Shown one piece after another: positions 39,801 to 54,800 of a stretch of DNA of 64,000 nt. This DNA is from Octopus vulgaris. Its lineage: Eukaryota. The position numbers and the translations under genes were made by a program. The DNA lies in contig OX597814.1 in assembly GCA_951406725.2 (NCBI GenBank), positions 95,542,001-95,606,000 on the forward strand. The letters are read 5' to 3'. Below the pieces are notes generated by a model. The model searched no databases. It saw only the letters and a list, made by a program, of their open reading frames with translations, and was not told the origin of the DNA. The first letter of the stretch is position 1, and the number at the start of each line of letters is the position of its first letter.

Positions 39801-42800
39801 AGCAGAGAAGTATTACAAGAAAATTGATGACTTTTTATAAAAAAAGGTTTTCAATAATCAAGCAGTAGTTCAAAATGCTTTTGAAGAATCAATTGGTTCC
39901 AGAATTCTATGCTACAGGGATAAATAGACTCCTTTCTTGTCGGCAAAAATATGTAGAGTCTAATGGTTATTGTTTTTGCACTTATTAGGCAGTAAGTAGA
40001 TATTTAAAAAGTTATAAAGTATTGACAAGAGATAATAAAAATTTCACTTACGGTTTTGAAGATGAGGATGAATTTGAATCACTGTCTGTTTCCCGGTAGT
40101 TACCCCTTACTTTATCCTGCTCTTCCTGGAAACAGAAGAAGGGATAATCAATTTTTTTTTTTTGGTTTGTATGATCAAGTTAATTTCTTAGCTAGTATAT
40201 TGCCTTACTAAAAATTATAAAATAGAAGTCAGAAAATCTACACAAGAAAATCTTATAAAAAGTTTTTCATACAATCTTAATTGTTAACCATTGCACTATA
40301 AAATAATTTGTATCTGAAAAAAAAAAAATTAACAATGTCATTCTTTCTATATTTACAATAGTTTCGGGTTGTTTTTACATTTGTTTCTCTATGTTTGTAT
40401 GGATCTAATATTATTGAGGCATTGTTTTACAACCCTTCTGTTACCAACCATTAGTCATTTACAAGTAAGTCATCTCTTACTCCACATATTGAAAATGCAA
40501 AGCCAGCAGGTGATTTGTTGACAGGGGGAGATAACAACGACATCACTGCTTGTAGCTCAGTAATTCTCAGAGAAGCACAAATGTAAACAGACAAGCACAC
40601 AGTCATTTACATGAGACTCGTTTAATTACCATGTTCCAAATCAACTCACAAGGTATTGGTTGGCCCAAGGCTGTATGAGAAAAGACTTGCCCAAGGTGCT
40701 GTACAGAGGGAAATGAATCCAAAATCATCACAAAGATAAAATAAATATCCCCTCTACAACTCATTATAACTATTGCACAACAAACTTATAAACATTCTTT
40801 GACCTACCCACTTATTAATTTATAATCATTTTAATAGACTCTAATGACATAAACAAAAGTCTTCCACTGCTTATAAAAGGATCAAATGCCACTGTTTCCC
40901 AAATAAAATAAAATCCAATTTGCAGCACACAGTTTATTGGGACCAGTTTAGCCAGACAACATAGATATGTAGTACATACATTCAAGAACAAAAATTATTG
41001 AAGAATCCAAACTGCATACTTAACAAAATAACATAAAATTTATCTCAATTATGCAGCAGAAATAACCAACCAAACAAAAACAACAACTAAGAACAACTTA
41101 AAATACAACACTTACAACCATACTACTACTGGCATCAACACAGCTTTCAACTTTATTCTCCACTTTTCATTTATAGTTTTTACTGTAACAAGCTTCAACC
41201 CAAACTATTCCTACAATTATAGTCACTCCTATCTCTAACACTCAGACAGGTCTACAATCCTAAGAATATTAACCCTTGTACTTAATTCAGTAAAACACAA
41301 TACATGAAAATACCAGCAGCACCAATAATTTCATTTGTTTAAACAACCTAGGCTCTTCCCTATGGCCACCACCAGAACTTGCAGGCATAGATAATAACAG
41401 ATTGAACCAGGAGAAAATGTAACATGCTGAGGCTGCTGCACTATGCCCCATACTATAAACATCTGCATGTCAGAATGTAACTTATTGTCTTCATCTAAGT
41501 AGAGGAATAAGGGTCACTGGATCTGTCTAGTAAACTGTCACTTGACTATATACATGTAGCTCTGCTTAATCAAATCTGGAGTAGGCCTATACAGCTTGTA
41601 TTCAAACTGAAAAATATCATGTAAAGACTACAATTCCATCCTTAATTCCATCTTTTCCAGCCTTGCAACTCTATATTTCAGAACACTTAGGTATATCAGT
41701 ATTCAACATAACCAAACAATGCATGAAAATGTGAGTGTAATGTGGACTTAAATTACACTGTTGAGTCACAGAGTTCCCTTTTTTTTACTTTTATAAAAAG
41801 ATTATATTTTTAATAATGTAGTTTATCTAAGAGCACTATGTGTTGTCAATATTGCATTTCAAAATTAGATTATCATCATCATCATTTAACGTCTGTTGTC
41901 CATACTGGCATGGGTTGGACTGTTTGACTGGGGTGGCACCAGACTCCAGTCTGATTTTGCATGGTTTTCTATGGATGGGTGTCTTTCTTAATGCCAACCA
42001 CTCCAAGAGTATAATGGGTGCTTTTATGTGCCACCAGCACAGGTGCTATTTGCATGACACTAGGGTGCATTTACATGCCACTGGCATGGGTGCCAATTTG
42101 TGTGACACCAGTATCTTCCACAACTGCGATTTTGCTTGGCTTGATGGGTCTTCTCAAGCACAACATAATGCCAAAGACCTTGGTCAATGCCTCTGTGAAG
42201 CCCAACACTTGAAAGGAACTCAGCCACTTTGCCTCTGTGAGGCCCAACACTTGAAAGGAACTTGGCCACTTTGCCTCCATCATCATCATCATCATCGTTT
42301 AACGTCCGTTCTCCATGCTAGCATGGGTTGGACCAATATTCAAAAGATGTTCTTTACATGCCACCAGCACAGGTGCACTTGGCTTGACGGGTCTTCTCAA
42401 GCATAGCATATCACCAAAGGTCTCTGTCACCAGTCACTGTCTCTATGAGGCTCAGTTTGAAAATCATGCTTCACCACCTCATCCTATGTCTTTCTGGGTA
42501 TACCTCTACCACAGGCTCCTTCACAGTTAGAGATCTTTATACAGCTTCCCTGTCCATACGTATCACATGATCATACCTGCACAGTCGTCTCTTGCACACC
42601 ACATATGATTCCTTTTATGCCTAACTTTTCTCTCAAGATGCTTACACTGTCTAACATACACATTGACATTGTACCTCCAGTGACGCATACTGGCTTCATT
42701 TCTTCAAAGCCTATGCATGTCTTCAGCTATCATAGCCCATGTTTTACTGCCATACAGCGTAGCTGTTTGCACACAGGCATCAAACAATCTGCCTTTCACT

Positions 42801-45800
42801 CTGAGAAAGAGGCCCTTCGTTGCCAGCAGGCATAACTCTTTGAATTTTGCCCAGCCTAAACTTATTCTCACAGCTATGCTCTCGGGGCACCCCCCTCCAC
42901 TACTAACTAGGTCACCTAGATAACATAAGCTATCAACTACCTCTAGCTTGTCCCACTGGCAGTTGATGGAGTTTACTTTCTGTGCATTTTCAGCATTTAT
43001 TGTACCTGTGCACCTTCCACATACAAAAGTTAGTTTCTCTGTTAACCTTCCTCTGATGTTGCTGCACCTTTTATGTGTCCAAAGCTTACACTGAATGCAT
43101 CTTGTGGAGTTTCTACCTACACCTTTTCTACAGATTGAGCAGGGCCATCTATCTGAAGGGATTTGTGATTTGTCTATGTAAAATAAATCTTACCTTTAAG
43201 GATTCCTGGAATGATGAGGCCTGGTATTGTGCATATTTAGCTACACAAGTATGGCCCCGACTACTTTCACAATACCAAAGGTTGTTTCCATACTGATCTT
43301 TGTTTTCATCAGGAGGTTGTTGACGCTAAAATATAAGAGAAAAATGGAAAATTTAAAACAAAAAAGTTGATGAAAATGTATATTGTAATGTGGAAAATAT
43401 TAACGCACTTTTGCACACTTATAATTTATTGTTGAACATAATATTTTGGAATAAAATATTTCATACTTAAAACAGGCCTTTCTACTATTCACTTTTTCAT
43501 TAGCCTTTGCTAGATTTGTGGAGCAAAATATTTTATAACAAGATATCTTCCTTAAAACTAATAATTTAACAATGACATAAATGTGATACTCATTTTTAGT
43601 GATCTGTAATAAAATATTAATTTCCTAAGTACAAAATATGAAGTCAATGGAAGTCTATATACAGTTTCCTTTACTTTATATTCATAAGAAAAGCAGCTGT
43701 AACATATGATAAACTTGTCAAATTAAGATTACCTGGAAGGAAAAGAAAGAAAGAAGAAATCTCTTACTTGTGTTCGTACTTCAACACGATGGTCAGCATT
43801 AGCTTCAACTAAAGATTTTGTAGAAAATAAACCGAGATCTAAAATAAAAGAAATATAAATCCTTAGTTTTTCTATTCATTATTACAGCAAAGGTAATTTT
43901 ATCTTTATTTTTTGAAATGACTTCATATGCTTGTCATGAAGTTCCATATTTGCTAAGCGATCTAATGGATAAGGAAGATTAAATAATTTTGAAGTACTGA
44001 TTTTTGCAGAAAAATGACAAAAATGAGGTTCTATTCAAAACACTATTGTGTCAGTATTATTAATAATCCAAACAAAAAAAAAGTGGGCCATAAGAAAAGA
44101 GTCAAATTTCATTTATTACCAGTAAAATGTTTGACTACTTGGGAATGAAGAATGTGATGTATCTATTTTCTAACTGAAGCTTTTAATGACTATACATATT
44201 CTTTATGTGACTAAATTTAACAGAAAAATGAACTATTTAAATGATCAGTTCAGCTCAAGTTAAATATTCTATTAATTTAGTCATTGCAGTCTAATTACAA
44301 ATAAAATGAAAATAAGCTAGTGCGATAAACAAAGAATTTTCATAATGCAAGTGACATCTAAACTTGACAGTTTTCAGAAGATGCTACAAATGTCTCTGTG
44401 CTCACATCCACACAAAATTAATCAAGAGATATTTCTACTGCAAAGACTGACATTGATAACAGAGTTCACCAACCCACACTTGAGGCTTTAATTATACTCT
44501 GAAATACCAAGATACTCTAGCTAATATCAGAACAATTTAAGCCCTTGCATATTATATTTTTGCAACCATTTCCTGGGTAGTAGAAAAGGTGGTGTGGATA
44601 GCTTGTAGCCAGGTCACCGCAAACAAATAAATGTTACATCTAAGAATACAATAATCATATTAATTTTTGCTCATATAAAATTCAGAAAGTTTCAGAACTC
44701 AAACAAAAATTGAACGAAAAAATTAGAATTATAGTAAGCCTAAATAATGTTATCAGAACCTGCTTCTGTGTTATTTAATCCTTATTTTTACTTTATGCAT
44801 TGCCTAATCCCTTTTCATATATTTTTTAAAAAGAGATATGGATGATCATATTTCCTTATTTATGGCTACACTTTTCATAATGCCAATAAATGTTAGCTAA
44901 ATTAAATTAATCTAAGACAAACTGAGGAGAACAATGTAAGGATGTGCTATAATATTCTTACAAATATTTTAAGTATCTGAAGTCACTTAAAGCGTTAGTT
45001 TAATAAAGCTTAAACCAACATTAAATTATATTTAATAATTGTTATACCTTAAGTAATAATTCTTTTACAATACATTAACCTCTAATTATCATTACATTTA
45101 CCTCAATTAAGATTGTTATAATAAAACCATGTCAAAATAATCAGAATAATTTGACTTACCTAATTTCAAAGCTCCTGCTAAACCACGGATCACCACGACA
45201 GGTTGCGTATAACAATATTGCTGTAACTCTGGAGAGAATGCATCACGCTTACTTTCCAACTATAATAGACAAATAATATAAGGCTAATGATGCTTTGAAT
45301 GAAATACAATGTGAGTAATAAAAAAGATAGAATACCTTTCCTTAAATGTAGTATATGTTTCATGTAAACCGAGTTTAGGAATATAATACTAAACTAGAGT
45401 ATTGATCACTGATTGATAGTTGTCCCCCAAAATGTTTTAAGATTATAAAAACTAGATAACTGTTAAATATAAACAGTACCTTAATTTACTTCATAAAATT
45501 CAAGTGAAGACTGCATAAGTTGTTTTACCTCTATTTAGACTCATCTTCATCTTTAGTAATTTCAGCTATCATAATAAACTAAATTCTGTCTGCTCTACTT
45601 TATTCTTGATGACCTTTTCCTTTTTAGCCTTCTTATTGCTTACTAAGCCAATTATACTTACTCACCTGACTTGCATCAAATAATCTTTTATGGGATAAAT
45701 GCTTAGAAATGATGAAGAAAGAAAATATTTATAGTCTTAGAAAAGCGTACCAAATTGCTTAATTGTCATCACTTTTCATCAATTCAACCTAGCTTTGATA

Positions 45801-48800
45801 CATATTCTCAGTTCTAATTCATTGCTCTTGTTTTTGTACTGGAATATCAATACTACATGTGAAGTTTTGACTGATTTTACTTTTAGATGTGTAATATACT
45901 CATTTAACTTAACACTAGTTTAAGAGTATCAGTTTAGATTTCAGAAAAAATATATTCAAGGTGAAAGCAGATTCCTTGACATTCTGAATTACTTCCATAA
46001 ACAGGAAAAAAACTTATCTAGTTTATTAATTAAAGATTTAAACACAAAACAAGTATAGAATAATTTTTCATAACAAAAAATGCTACAACTGCAACAAAAT
46101 AATTGTAGCTGTTTAATTCATTAAAACTAAAGGAATAAAAATTTGGACAAAGAAAGAAAAAAGAAAATGCAAATTTTAGTGAAAATTAAGTTGAAAAACA
46201 ATTTAAAAAGAAGCCTTACATAAACACTTGGTGTTGGAGGGTTAAGAGATTCTTTTGGCAGTGGTGGATATGGTGGGGATGCAGGTCGGGGTGGTCGTTC
46301 ATCAAGAAAATAAGATGTGATACCATTTCTACCTATAAATGGAATTTTTAAAAATAAAGCAAACATTAATATTCATCAATTGCAGCTACATGCAATTTAT
46401 TGACTTTGAAAAGATGTATTTACTAGGGTGTGTTATCTTGTATATGGCAACAGCTATTTGAAGGTTATTGATATTACAAAAATAGTAAAAGAGATTACTG
46501 GTTTGTCAGCAATTGCTATTTGAAACTTGAAAATATGGGTGTTATGGACAATATTTTAATAAATAAATAGAATATGAAATTACACAGAACAGAGGTAAAC
46601 AACTTTATAAACCCCAAAATCAGATTTCCATGTTTGAAATTAGGAGTTTATATTAGTGTTTGCTTCAAAACGAAAGAAGCTTAGTAATTTGTCTGCTGCA
46701 TTTAATTTTGTAATATTTTGGTAAGAATAGAATTTTTACTGTTTGAAAAACAAAGTTTCTCAAATTTTAGAAGTATTGATTTTATATATTAGGTCATCCC
46801 ATAAATAATACAGTGTTCTCAATTGCATGGACTAGAAGGCAGGGGGGGGGGGGGCACAGGATAAACCACCTACATCAACTTGCTATAAAAGCAGGTGGTA
46901 ATTTTACCTTGTTCTTATTCTTAGTACAAGTTTTGAAGAGTGCTGTTCTTAACAGTTATTTTTTCAAAACTATAATGGAATTGATAAAGGAGCATATTTT
47001 GCTTTATGAGTTCAATAAAGGTAACAACGCAATGGAAAGTGAGGAATTGGACAATAAGTATAAGCTAGTGTCAATGGTGGTTCCTTGAAAAGAGATTTTC
47101 ATTTAATTCCTAAACCTTAGAGCATGTTCATGATAAAGTCGAGACTAAGTAGGCTAGTATGTTAGTAGAACAATTCTGTGATCAACCTTCTCAGTATTAA
47201 AGGCTATTCAGCTGTCTGTCTGGAATGCTGCACATGTTCTAATCACAAGAATATCAGCTAACAAGTCATACACCTTATACAAAATGAATCTGTCTATAAT
47301 GTCCTAGATATTTACAACAGTGTTTTCTCTCGGGCTATTACCAAACCACTATTACTACGGCTGAAATCTTTTCTGAACTCATTTTAAGTAACACTTTCTT
47401 AAATATATTTGTCACACTTTCTTCCCAATTTATGTCTCAATTCTTAGACTTCACACAAAGCACTTTATCCTGTCATTTTATAGAATTTCATTACCTCTTC
47501 ATCCGCCTTCAAAAATACTCCTACCTACTAAAGAGCCCATACTTCCATCTTGGATAAAAATTAATGTGCTTTGTGAGACAAATGCAAAAAGAACGAAACA
47601 GAGATACTAGGAAACTCATATAATGTTAGCATAAACAAGTGCACAAAACAGAGGGGGCATTATGAAAGCTAATAAAAGTTGCCTACATTAACATACTATG
47701 TGTAATAATGCTACAGGTAATCAAAGATTAGAAACTTAGTAAGCTCTGACAGATATTTTATTAGTAGGAAACAAATTACATTTGTAGTATATTTTCTAAG
47801 CACCATCCATTCGTGTCCGTTGCCAGCCTCACCTGGCCCCCGTACCGGTGACACGTAAATGCACCATTCGTTCGTGGCCGTTTGCCAGCTCTGTCTGGCC
47901 CCGTGTCGGTGGCATGTAAAAGCACCATCTGTTCGTGTCCGTTGCCAGCATCGCCTGGCCCCGTGCCGGTGAAACGTAAAAGCACCATCCGTTCGTGGCC
48001 GTTTGCAGGTGGCACATAAAAAGCACCCACTACACTCACTGAGTGGTTGGCGTTAGGAAGGGCATCCAGCTGTAGAAACACTGCCAGATCTGACTGGGCC
48101 TGACGAAGCCTTCCAGCTTCACAGACCCCAGTTGAACTGTCCAACCCATGCTAGCATGGAAAGCGGACGCTAAATGATGATGATGATGATAAAGTTCATT
48201 TTTTACAGGTACCCAAAGGATTTATTCTATAAATAACAAGATAAGATGTTCATCTATCAGACATTTGATGTATGAAAATAAAATCTAAGTCATGAAAGCA
48301 GAGATCTGATAGGACCAACAATAGAATAAGATGAGTACAGTATGTAAATGTGCAAAATAAGTGTCATAAATAATAAAAACAGAAAAATAAGTAAACCAAT
48401 GATGTTTGAATTGAAAAAAATCAGGCTTTTGGATGTGAAGTTTTTCAGATAAATTGCTTAGAAATTTGCATTACTGTAGACTTCAAAAACCACACCAACA
48501 TAGTAAAGAGATATTGCACACATAATAATAACAACTAAAAATATATCTCCATAAATATTCAATATTGTCTTAATATACAGATTTGAAAAGCAAAATATAC
48601 TAAAAGTCAAATGATACAACAAAAATATTTAAATAGTGTCATAAATAAAATTTCGACTTTATACTGAATAAACTCTATCATTCAATATACTGCAATTTTA
48701 ATTATCATCATCATCATCTTTTATTTTAAATATTTAAAGCAAATAACTGATTTACTTACCTAAACCCTTACATGCTTCAAGGACCTCTCGTGCAGACATG

Positions 48801-51800
48801 TGTATTGATAAATTTAAGGCAGATTTAGGGGGGTTTAGATATCGGCACAGCAGTCTTGACTCAACCTTTGTATTAAGAGCTACAACAGGTTCACTTTTGG
48901 GAGTGTTTTCATGTGTCATTTTATCACTATTCTGTGACATACCTGCCAAGCTTGGCTTTTTAGTCTTGCCTTGCATATGAAGAACCTGAGATCTGGAATG
49001 TGGCTGACTGGATGAGTTATTGGAGGAAATGGCAGTGTTTCCAATAACAGCTGAAGCAGTTGTTGTGGCTCCACTTACAGAGGTAATATTTACATTGTTG
49101 CTTGGCTGTGTAGTTTGGGAATTATCTGTAGTTCTTTTCTTCTCATATTTCTGGTTGCTTCCCCCTTGTGAGATGTGTGAAAATAAGTCATCACTAACTC
49201 GGTTTTGTAGTAATGTATTCAGCTCCTCATCAGTAACATTTCTTGTCAACGCCACACTGTCTTTTGCTGCTGCTGCTGCTACTACTGAATCTGAGATCTG
49301 TTGAGATGAAGATGAAATAGTGTTATACATTAACATCACATATATAGTTTTCTATAATACAAACAATTTGTTATGTCAGAGATGATAACATTACTGAACC
49401 ATGTTTGGAAATGTTACCCTGATTGGTTATTGGCGCTGATGACATTAATGGAATATTCTGCTTTGAGGTACTGTAGAACCATCCCCCTTTGAAATGCTTT
49501 AGTTTCTTTGTGAATCTGAAGTTGTCTGTCTATTTCCATTTCTCGGGATAATGGATAATAACTTCAGAGGTTCCATTGCTAATTGTAATTGGGCATTTAA
49601 ATTCATTGTTGTATCTCTAACAGAGTTTGAAGTCAAACTCACAGTAAAAGACTGTAGATCACAGACAGTAATTTTAGGAAATGATACTGGTTTCAGAGGG
49701 AAAAAAAAATCTTCACCAGTACCAATCTAGAATGAATGAAAAGCACAAAAAAATTAACTAGGATAATTTTTGCTGTTTTGACAAAATTTGCGACAATATT
49801 AGGTAGGTGATTTTTTTCTTGAGACTGGAGAGATGTTAGTCATCATTTATTACTTGGGAATTTGCTTTAATATTGCCAGAGATACAACTATCAAGAATTT
49901 ATTTTAAAATTCCAATTCCAGATAGCATTGAAATTTATGTTGTTATAGTTTCCAAGTACTCAGAAAAGAATTTGGTAGTTAAAGAGCTAGATTCTTGTCC
50001 CATGGCGTTATATGTTCAAATAAGCCAAAGGAATTAAAGTGCTTGATTCATTTTACCTACCTACCAGAGAGAGAGAGAGAGAGACATACAACACACACAC
50101 CAGTTACAATAATATAAAGGGCACATCTAGCCATATAATAAAAGTGCCAAGTTTCAGGGACCCAAATGTAGACAATATATATTACAACCTCAATCACCAC
50201 CATTTGTCTGTTTTACCATGCCTGCAAGGATAGATGTGTCTTCTCTAGCACTGTATGTCACCACTCACTGAAGCTCTTTGCCATCTCTTCATGGAGTTCA
50301 ACCTCAAAGTCAGTCATCACAACTTCTTTTCATATTTTACTAGATGTCACTTCCACATATCCCATCCATTTTGAGTGCTTAGCCCTTCTCTATTATAATC
50401 GACTTTCTTCACACATATCACTTGCCCATACTAGCACAATCTTTACTCTTGCACACAAGCGTTCTCATATCATTTATACAGATGTTTTGAACACTAACAT
50501 TATATAACCAGCAAAGCATGCTCACTTCATTTCTCTCAAGTCTTTGTAATCTTTTACACTCAAAGTCCATGACTCACTGCTTTTCAGCATCACACTTTTG
50601 GCACACACATCCTATAATCTGCTCTTCAGAGAGAGAATTACCTTGATATCAACAGAACTCTGGCTATTATGCTTTCAGAACACTTGCCTCCACTGCTAGT
50701 AAGGTCACCTAGGTAACAAAATCTACCAACTACTTCTGAGGAAGTTGAAAACTCCCCAGTAGTTGATAGCTTTTGTTATCTAGGTGTTGTAGAGCCTTCA
50801 AGGTTCCTTAGTGGTTGAAAGTATCTATTTCAATACTGATTGCTTCTGTGTATCCAAAGTTTAACAATGGGTACACCTTATAGAATTTCCACCCACTTTT
50901 CTGTAGAGTATGGTTATTTCCTTTGACTTCTTTCCTGCTTATTAAAACTTTCTTTTTCCAAAGTTTACTTTGTAGACCTCTTGATTCTAGGCTTTGCTTT
51001 CTTGTCTGAAATCTCTTCTCTAGATATTCTATAACATCCACTGTTAAAACTAGGTCATCAGCATATACAAGTTACATGGAAAAACCAATTTTAAACAACT
51101 CTTTTATTGGCAATAGGATATAAACAGGAAGGGGCTGAGATCTAACTGTGATAGATACCCGTCTTCATGATAAATTCCTTGAACTCATTGCTACTTTTAT
51201 TTTGCTGACTATAACTTGTGTATATAGCTTAAAGATAATCACTTATTTCCTAGTTTCCATCAACATCTTATATTCACAGTAGGACAGGAAACTGCCAAGC
51301 TTTGTTACTGTGTATATCATTTTACTTAGTTTTGGCATGGTTTTTACTGTGCCACTGGCACCAGAGAGGTTGACTGTCATTTCATAACTCTGACATAACA
51401 ACAAGTATAGAGAAAGTTACAAGTGACATGTAAAGAAAATTCTTTGTCAACAAGTAGCTAAACAGTTAAACATTCAAATCACAAAATACAAATAATGCAA
51501 ACTGAAAAACAGGTACTAAAATTAAAATTACTCAATGTAAAGGAAAATTTGGAAGGAGTTTCATTTAAATTTTAAATGAAAATGGCCAAATATCAGAAAA
51601 CAGCTACAAGAAATTTTTTAAGAAAAATTCCTGTCAACAAGAATCAGCTGCTAGTTAAGTAAATAAACAGTTCTTCCATTTGTAAACTTAGAAAAGCTCT
51701 AGGATAGTAATGAGCTCAAGTCCTATTCGATTTGACCATGTCAAAAGTGTCAAGTCATCATTCAACAAATTCTGACACAGCCATGACAAAATGAACAGAT

Positions 51801-54800
51801 ACATTACGCTAAACGACGATGATGATGATGATGATGATGACATTATATATACTGTTGCATACATTCTTTATTTTCTGACTCAAGTACTTTTGTCTGTTAA
51901 ATCTGCATTTAATGTGAGTTTCAACAAGAACTTTGATATTCTTTATAATTAGAGTATAGATATGTGCATGGTTACATGCCTTGTCCGTTTTTAACACACA
52001 TACACTGTTTTATAACTAGTTTCTTTTTAAGCAATTATTTATCCACAAACTTGAATACACATACACAAGGTATGTATTGTTAGTTTGTGGGTTGGATGAG
52101 GTTTTTAGGCATAATATTTTCTCAATGTGCCGGTGTAAAAAACACCTGAAAGTAAGTCACAGCCAGGTGTTTTTTTTTAACCAAGTGCATAGAGAATATA
52201 TTCTCTTATACCTAAAAACCACAGCTGGCCCATGAACTAACAATACACATACTTTGTGTATGTGTGTTCGATTTTGTTTATATATATATAGGCGCAGGAG
52301 TGGCTGTGTGATCAGTAGCTTGCTTACCAACCACATGGTTCTGGGTTCATTCCCACTGCGTAGCACCTTGGGCAAATGTCTTCTACTATAGTCTTGGGCC
52401 GACCAAAGCCTTGTGAGTGGATTTGGTAGACGGAAACTGAAAGAAGCCCATCGTATGTATGAATGTATGTATGTGTGTGTCCCTGTCTGTCTGTCTGTAT
52501 GTGTGTGTGTATGTTTGTGTGTCTGTCTCCCCAACATCATTTCACAACTGATGGTGGTGTGTTTACGTCCCCGTAACTTAGCGGTTCGGCAAAAGTGACC
52601 AATAGAATAAGTACTAGGCTTACAAAGAATAAGTCATGGGGTTGATTTGCTTGACTAAAGGTGGTGCTCCAGCATGGCCGCAGTCAAATGACTGAAACAA
52701 GTAAAAGAGTATACCTTGAGCTGCTTCTAATTCATATTTGAATCATTTATCAAAGGAAGCTAAGAATTTTGTTGACATTTTAAAGCAGCTGGTACCGGGT
52801 TACATTAAACTGATATTGATATATTCACACCTATCTAGCTGTCTAAACTCCAATCAACATGCTTCTGGCTGGGACACACAGCAGTTTTATAGCTCTCATT
52901 TCTGCTGACACACTTTTAATGACTGGTATGCCCAGGCAAAAGTGTCCAAGTCTACAAAAACTGGACTTGTGCTGCACTGTTAAAACAATTGTCAATACAA
53001 AGGTTATCAAGTTTCAAAAACTTCAGCTTCCAATCTCATGAAATGCAGTTTCTAGAATTGTAATACCTACAAAAGTATTCTATTTTGAAAGAATCCAATC
53101 TTTGATAGCGTGATACTTGAAGTTAACTTTTTATAAACAATAAATAAATTGATAATTTACCCTTTTACGGGAAGCTGGGGTAGGAGTATATTTTTTCTTC
53201 TTAGCTTGTACAGCAGATGAACTAGGATCTATGTCCATGGCAGACTCTGTTAAAAGGGTGCTCGATGCTGTAGGTGACTTTGAAACAGGGTCTGATGCTG
53301 CTGAGCAATCAGACACCTGTTGCTGTGAAGAGAACAATAAAATTCAACAAAATTCAATTATTTAGAATGAAAATAAAGAATATAATAAATAACTGGATAA
53401 AATATAATAGTTTTTAATAATTATTTTAAATTTTTGATTTGTACATTTGTGACAAAAAAATTCAAGGTTTAAAATACTAATTTTGACAAGACCAGTAATT
53501 TCAGGGGAGAGGGTAAGTTGACTACATTGAGCCCAGTACTTAACTAGTATTTACATGTTGAACCATTAATCCCTACACATTTTTTCCCTTCTTAATCCTT
53601 TCTGTCAAAGAGTGTGTGCTAGAAACATCAAATACTTTTCCATTCTTCCCAAACATTAGACTAATACACTTGTCTTTGTCTTTCTGTAAATTTGAGCTAT
53701 TTATATCATCTATCCTGAAAGGATGAAAAGTAAAGCTGACCTCAGTAGAATTTGAACCTGTAATGTAAGGATGGATGAAACACCACTAAGTATTTTGTCT
53801 GGTGTGCTAACAATTCTGTCAGTTTTTCACCTTCACCTTTCAAGATTTAAATTATTAATTACTTTTTATTAAGCATAAGGCATTTATAATTTGTAAACAG
53901 AATGGACAGAGCTGTTTGTATTGGAACCTTATATATGAATGGTTCTTATTTCATTGACCACTGAAATATGAAAGGCAAAGTTTAACCCTAGGAAGAGTGG
54001 TGTGAAACTCAAGACATTAAATCTTTTTAGTTAGAAGGGAAGGGCAGTGCCCATGACTCTTTATAGGGCTTTCAAGACTGATAGGAAGACAGAAGGAAGA
54101 TATTTTCAAAGTGAAGCTCTGGCTAAAATGCTTGCAACAGAGGGGACACAACTAAAGGCGATGTTAAACCAGTCAATGGATTAACTCTACCATTCAAAGC
54201 CACATTAAGATACACTATAACATCTACTCCAGCTTTTTACTTGTGTTAATATCCTTAAAGATTCCAACTAATTAATCATGTAGATGTAACTTGATATTTG
54301 AAGAAATATAAAATTGTTTTTCCACACATAGAAATAAACATATTGCACTCTATACAAATAATAGCATATAATCATGGGTGTCATTTTCAAAGAAGCTGTA
54401 GCTTTCATGAGGTTGGCTGTCTTTAAGCAATTTTATAGATTATAATTATTGGTAACAACCAATGCCTTTCCCCCAAATAATTATAATATATGAACAGTTC
54501 TTTTATTTTCCATTTCTTATGATGTATAAGAAACCAGCAGGAGACCTTAGGAGTAGAACTGAGCCAACTGGTAAGAAACTTTGGAGTAGATCGAGAACCA
54601 GATAGTTGGACAATATCCATAGTCTCAATTGGTCACACTTGGGAATACAGCCAGAAAGTCTAATGATGGTTGCTTCTGATAAGACCCTATAGAAGAAGTG
54701 CCAGAGGACTCTACCCCTCTTCCACTAGGAAGGGGTGGAGAAGATAGATGGATGGATTAAAATTTGACACCATTATTAAGAAAACTAATTATATACCAGT

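Noticed and set aside
47798-48030. CRISPR-like regularly spaced repeats (also 11810-12075)
   Set aside because: Whole units are similar with no unique spacers, they run into the RTE 3' end, there are no cas genes, and the context is eukaryotic.
54440-54770. R4/Dong-like restriction-endonuclease LINE remnant
   Set aside because: Only a vague resemblance in translation; not supportable without a search.
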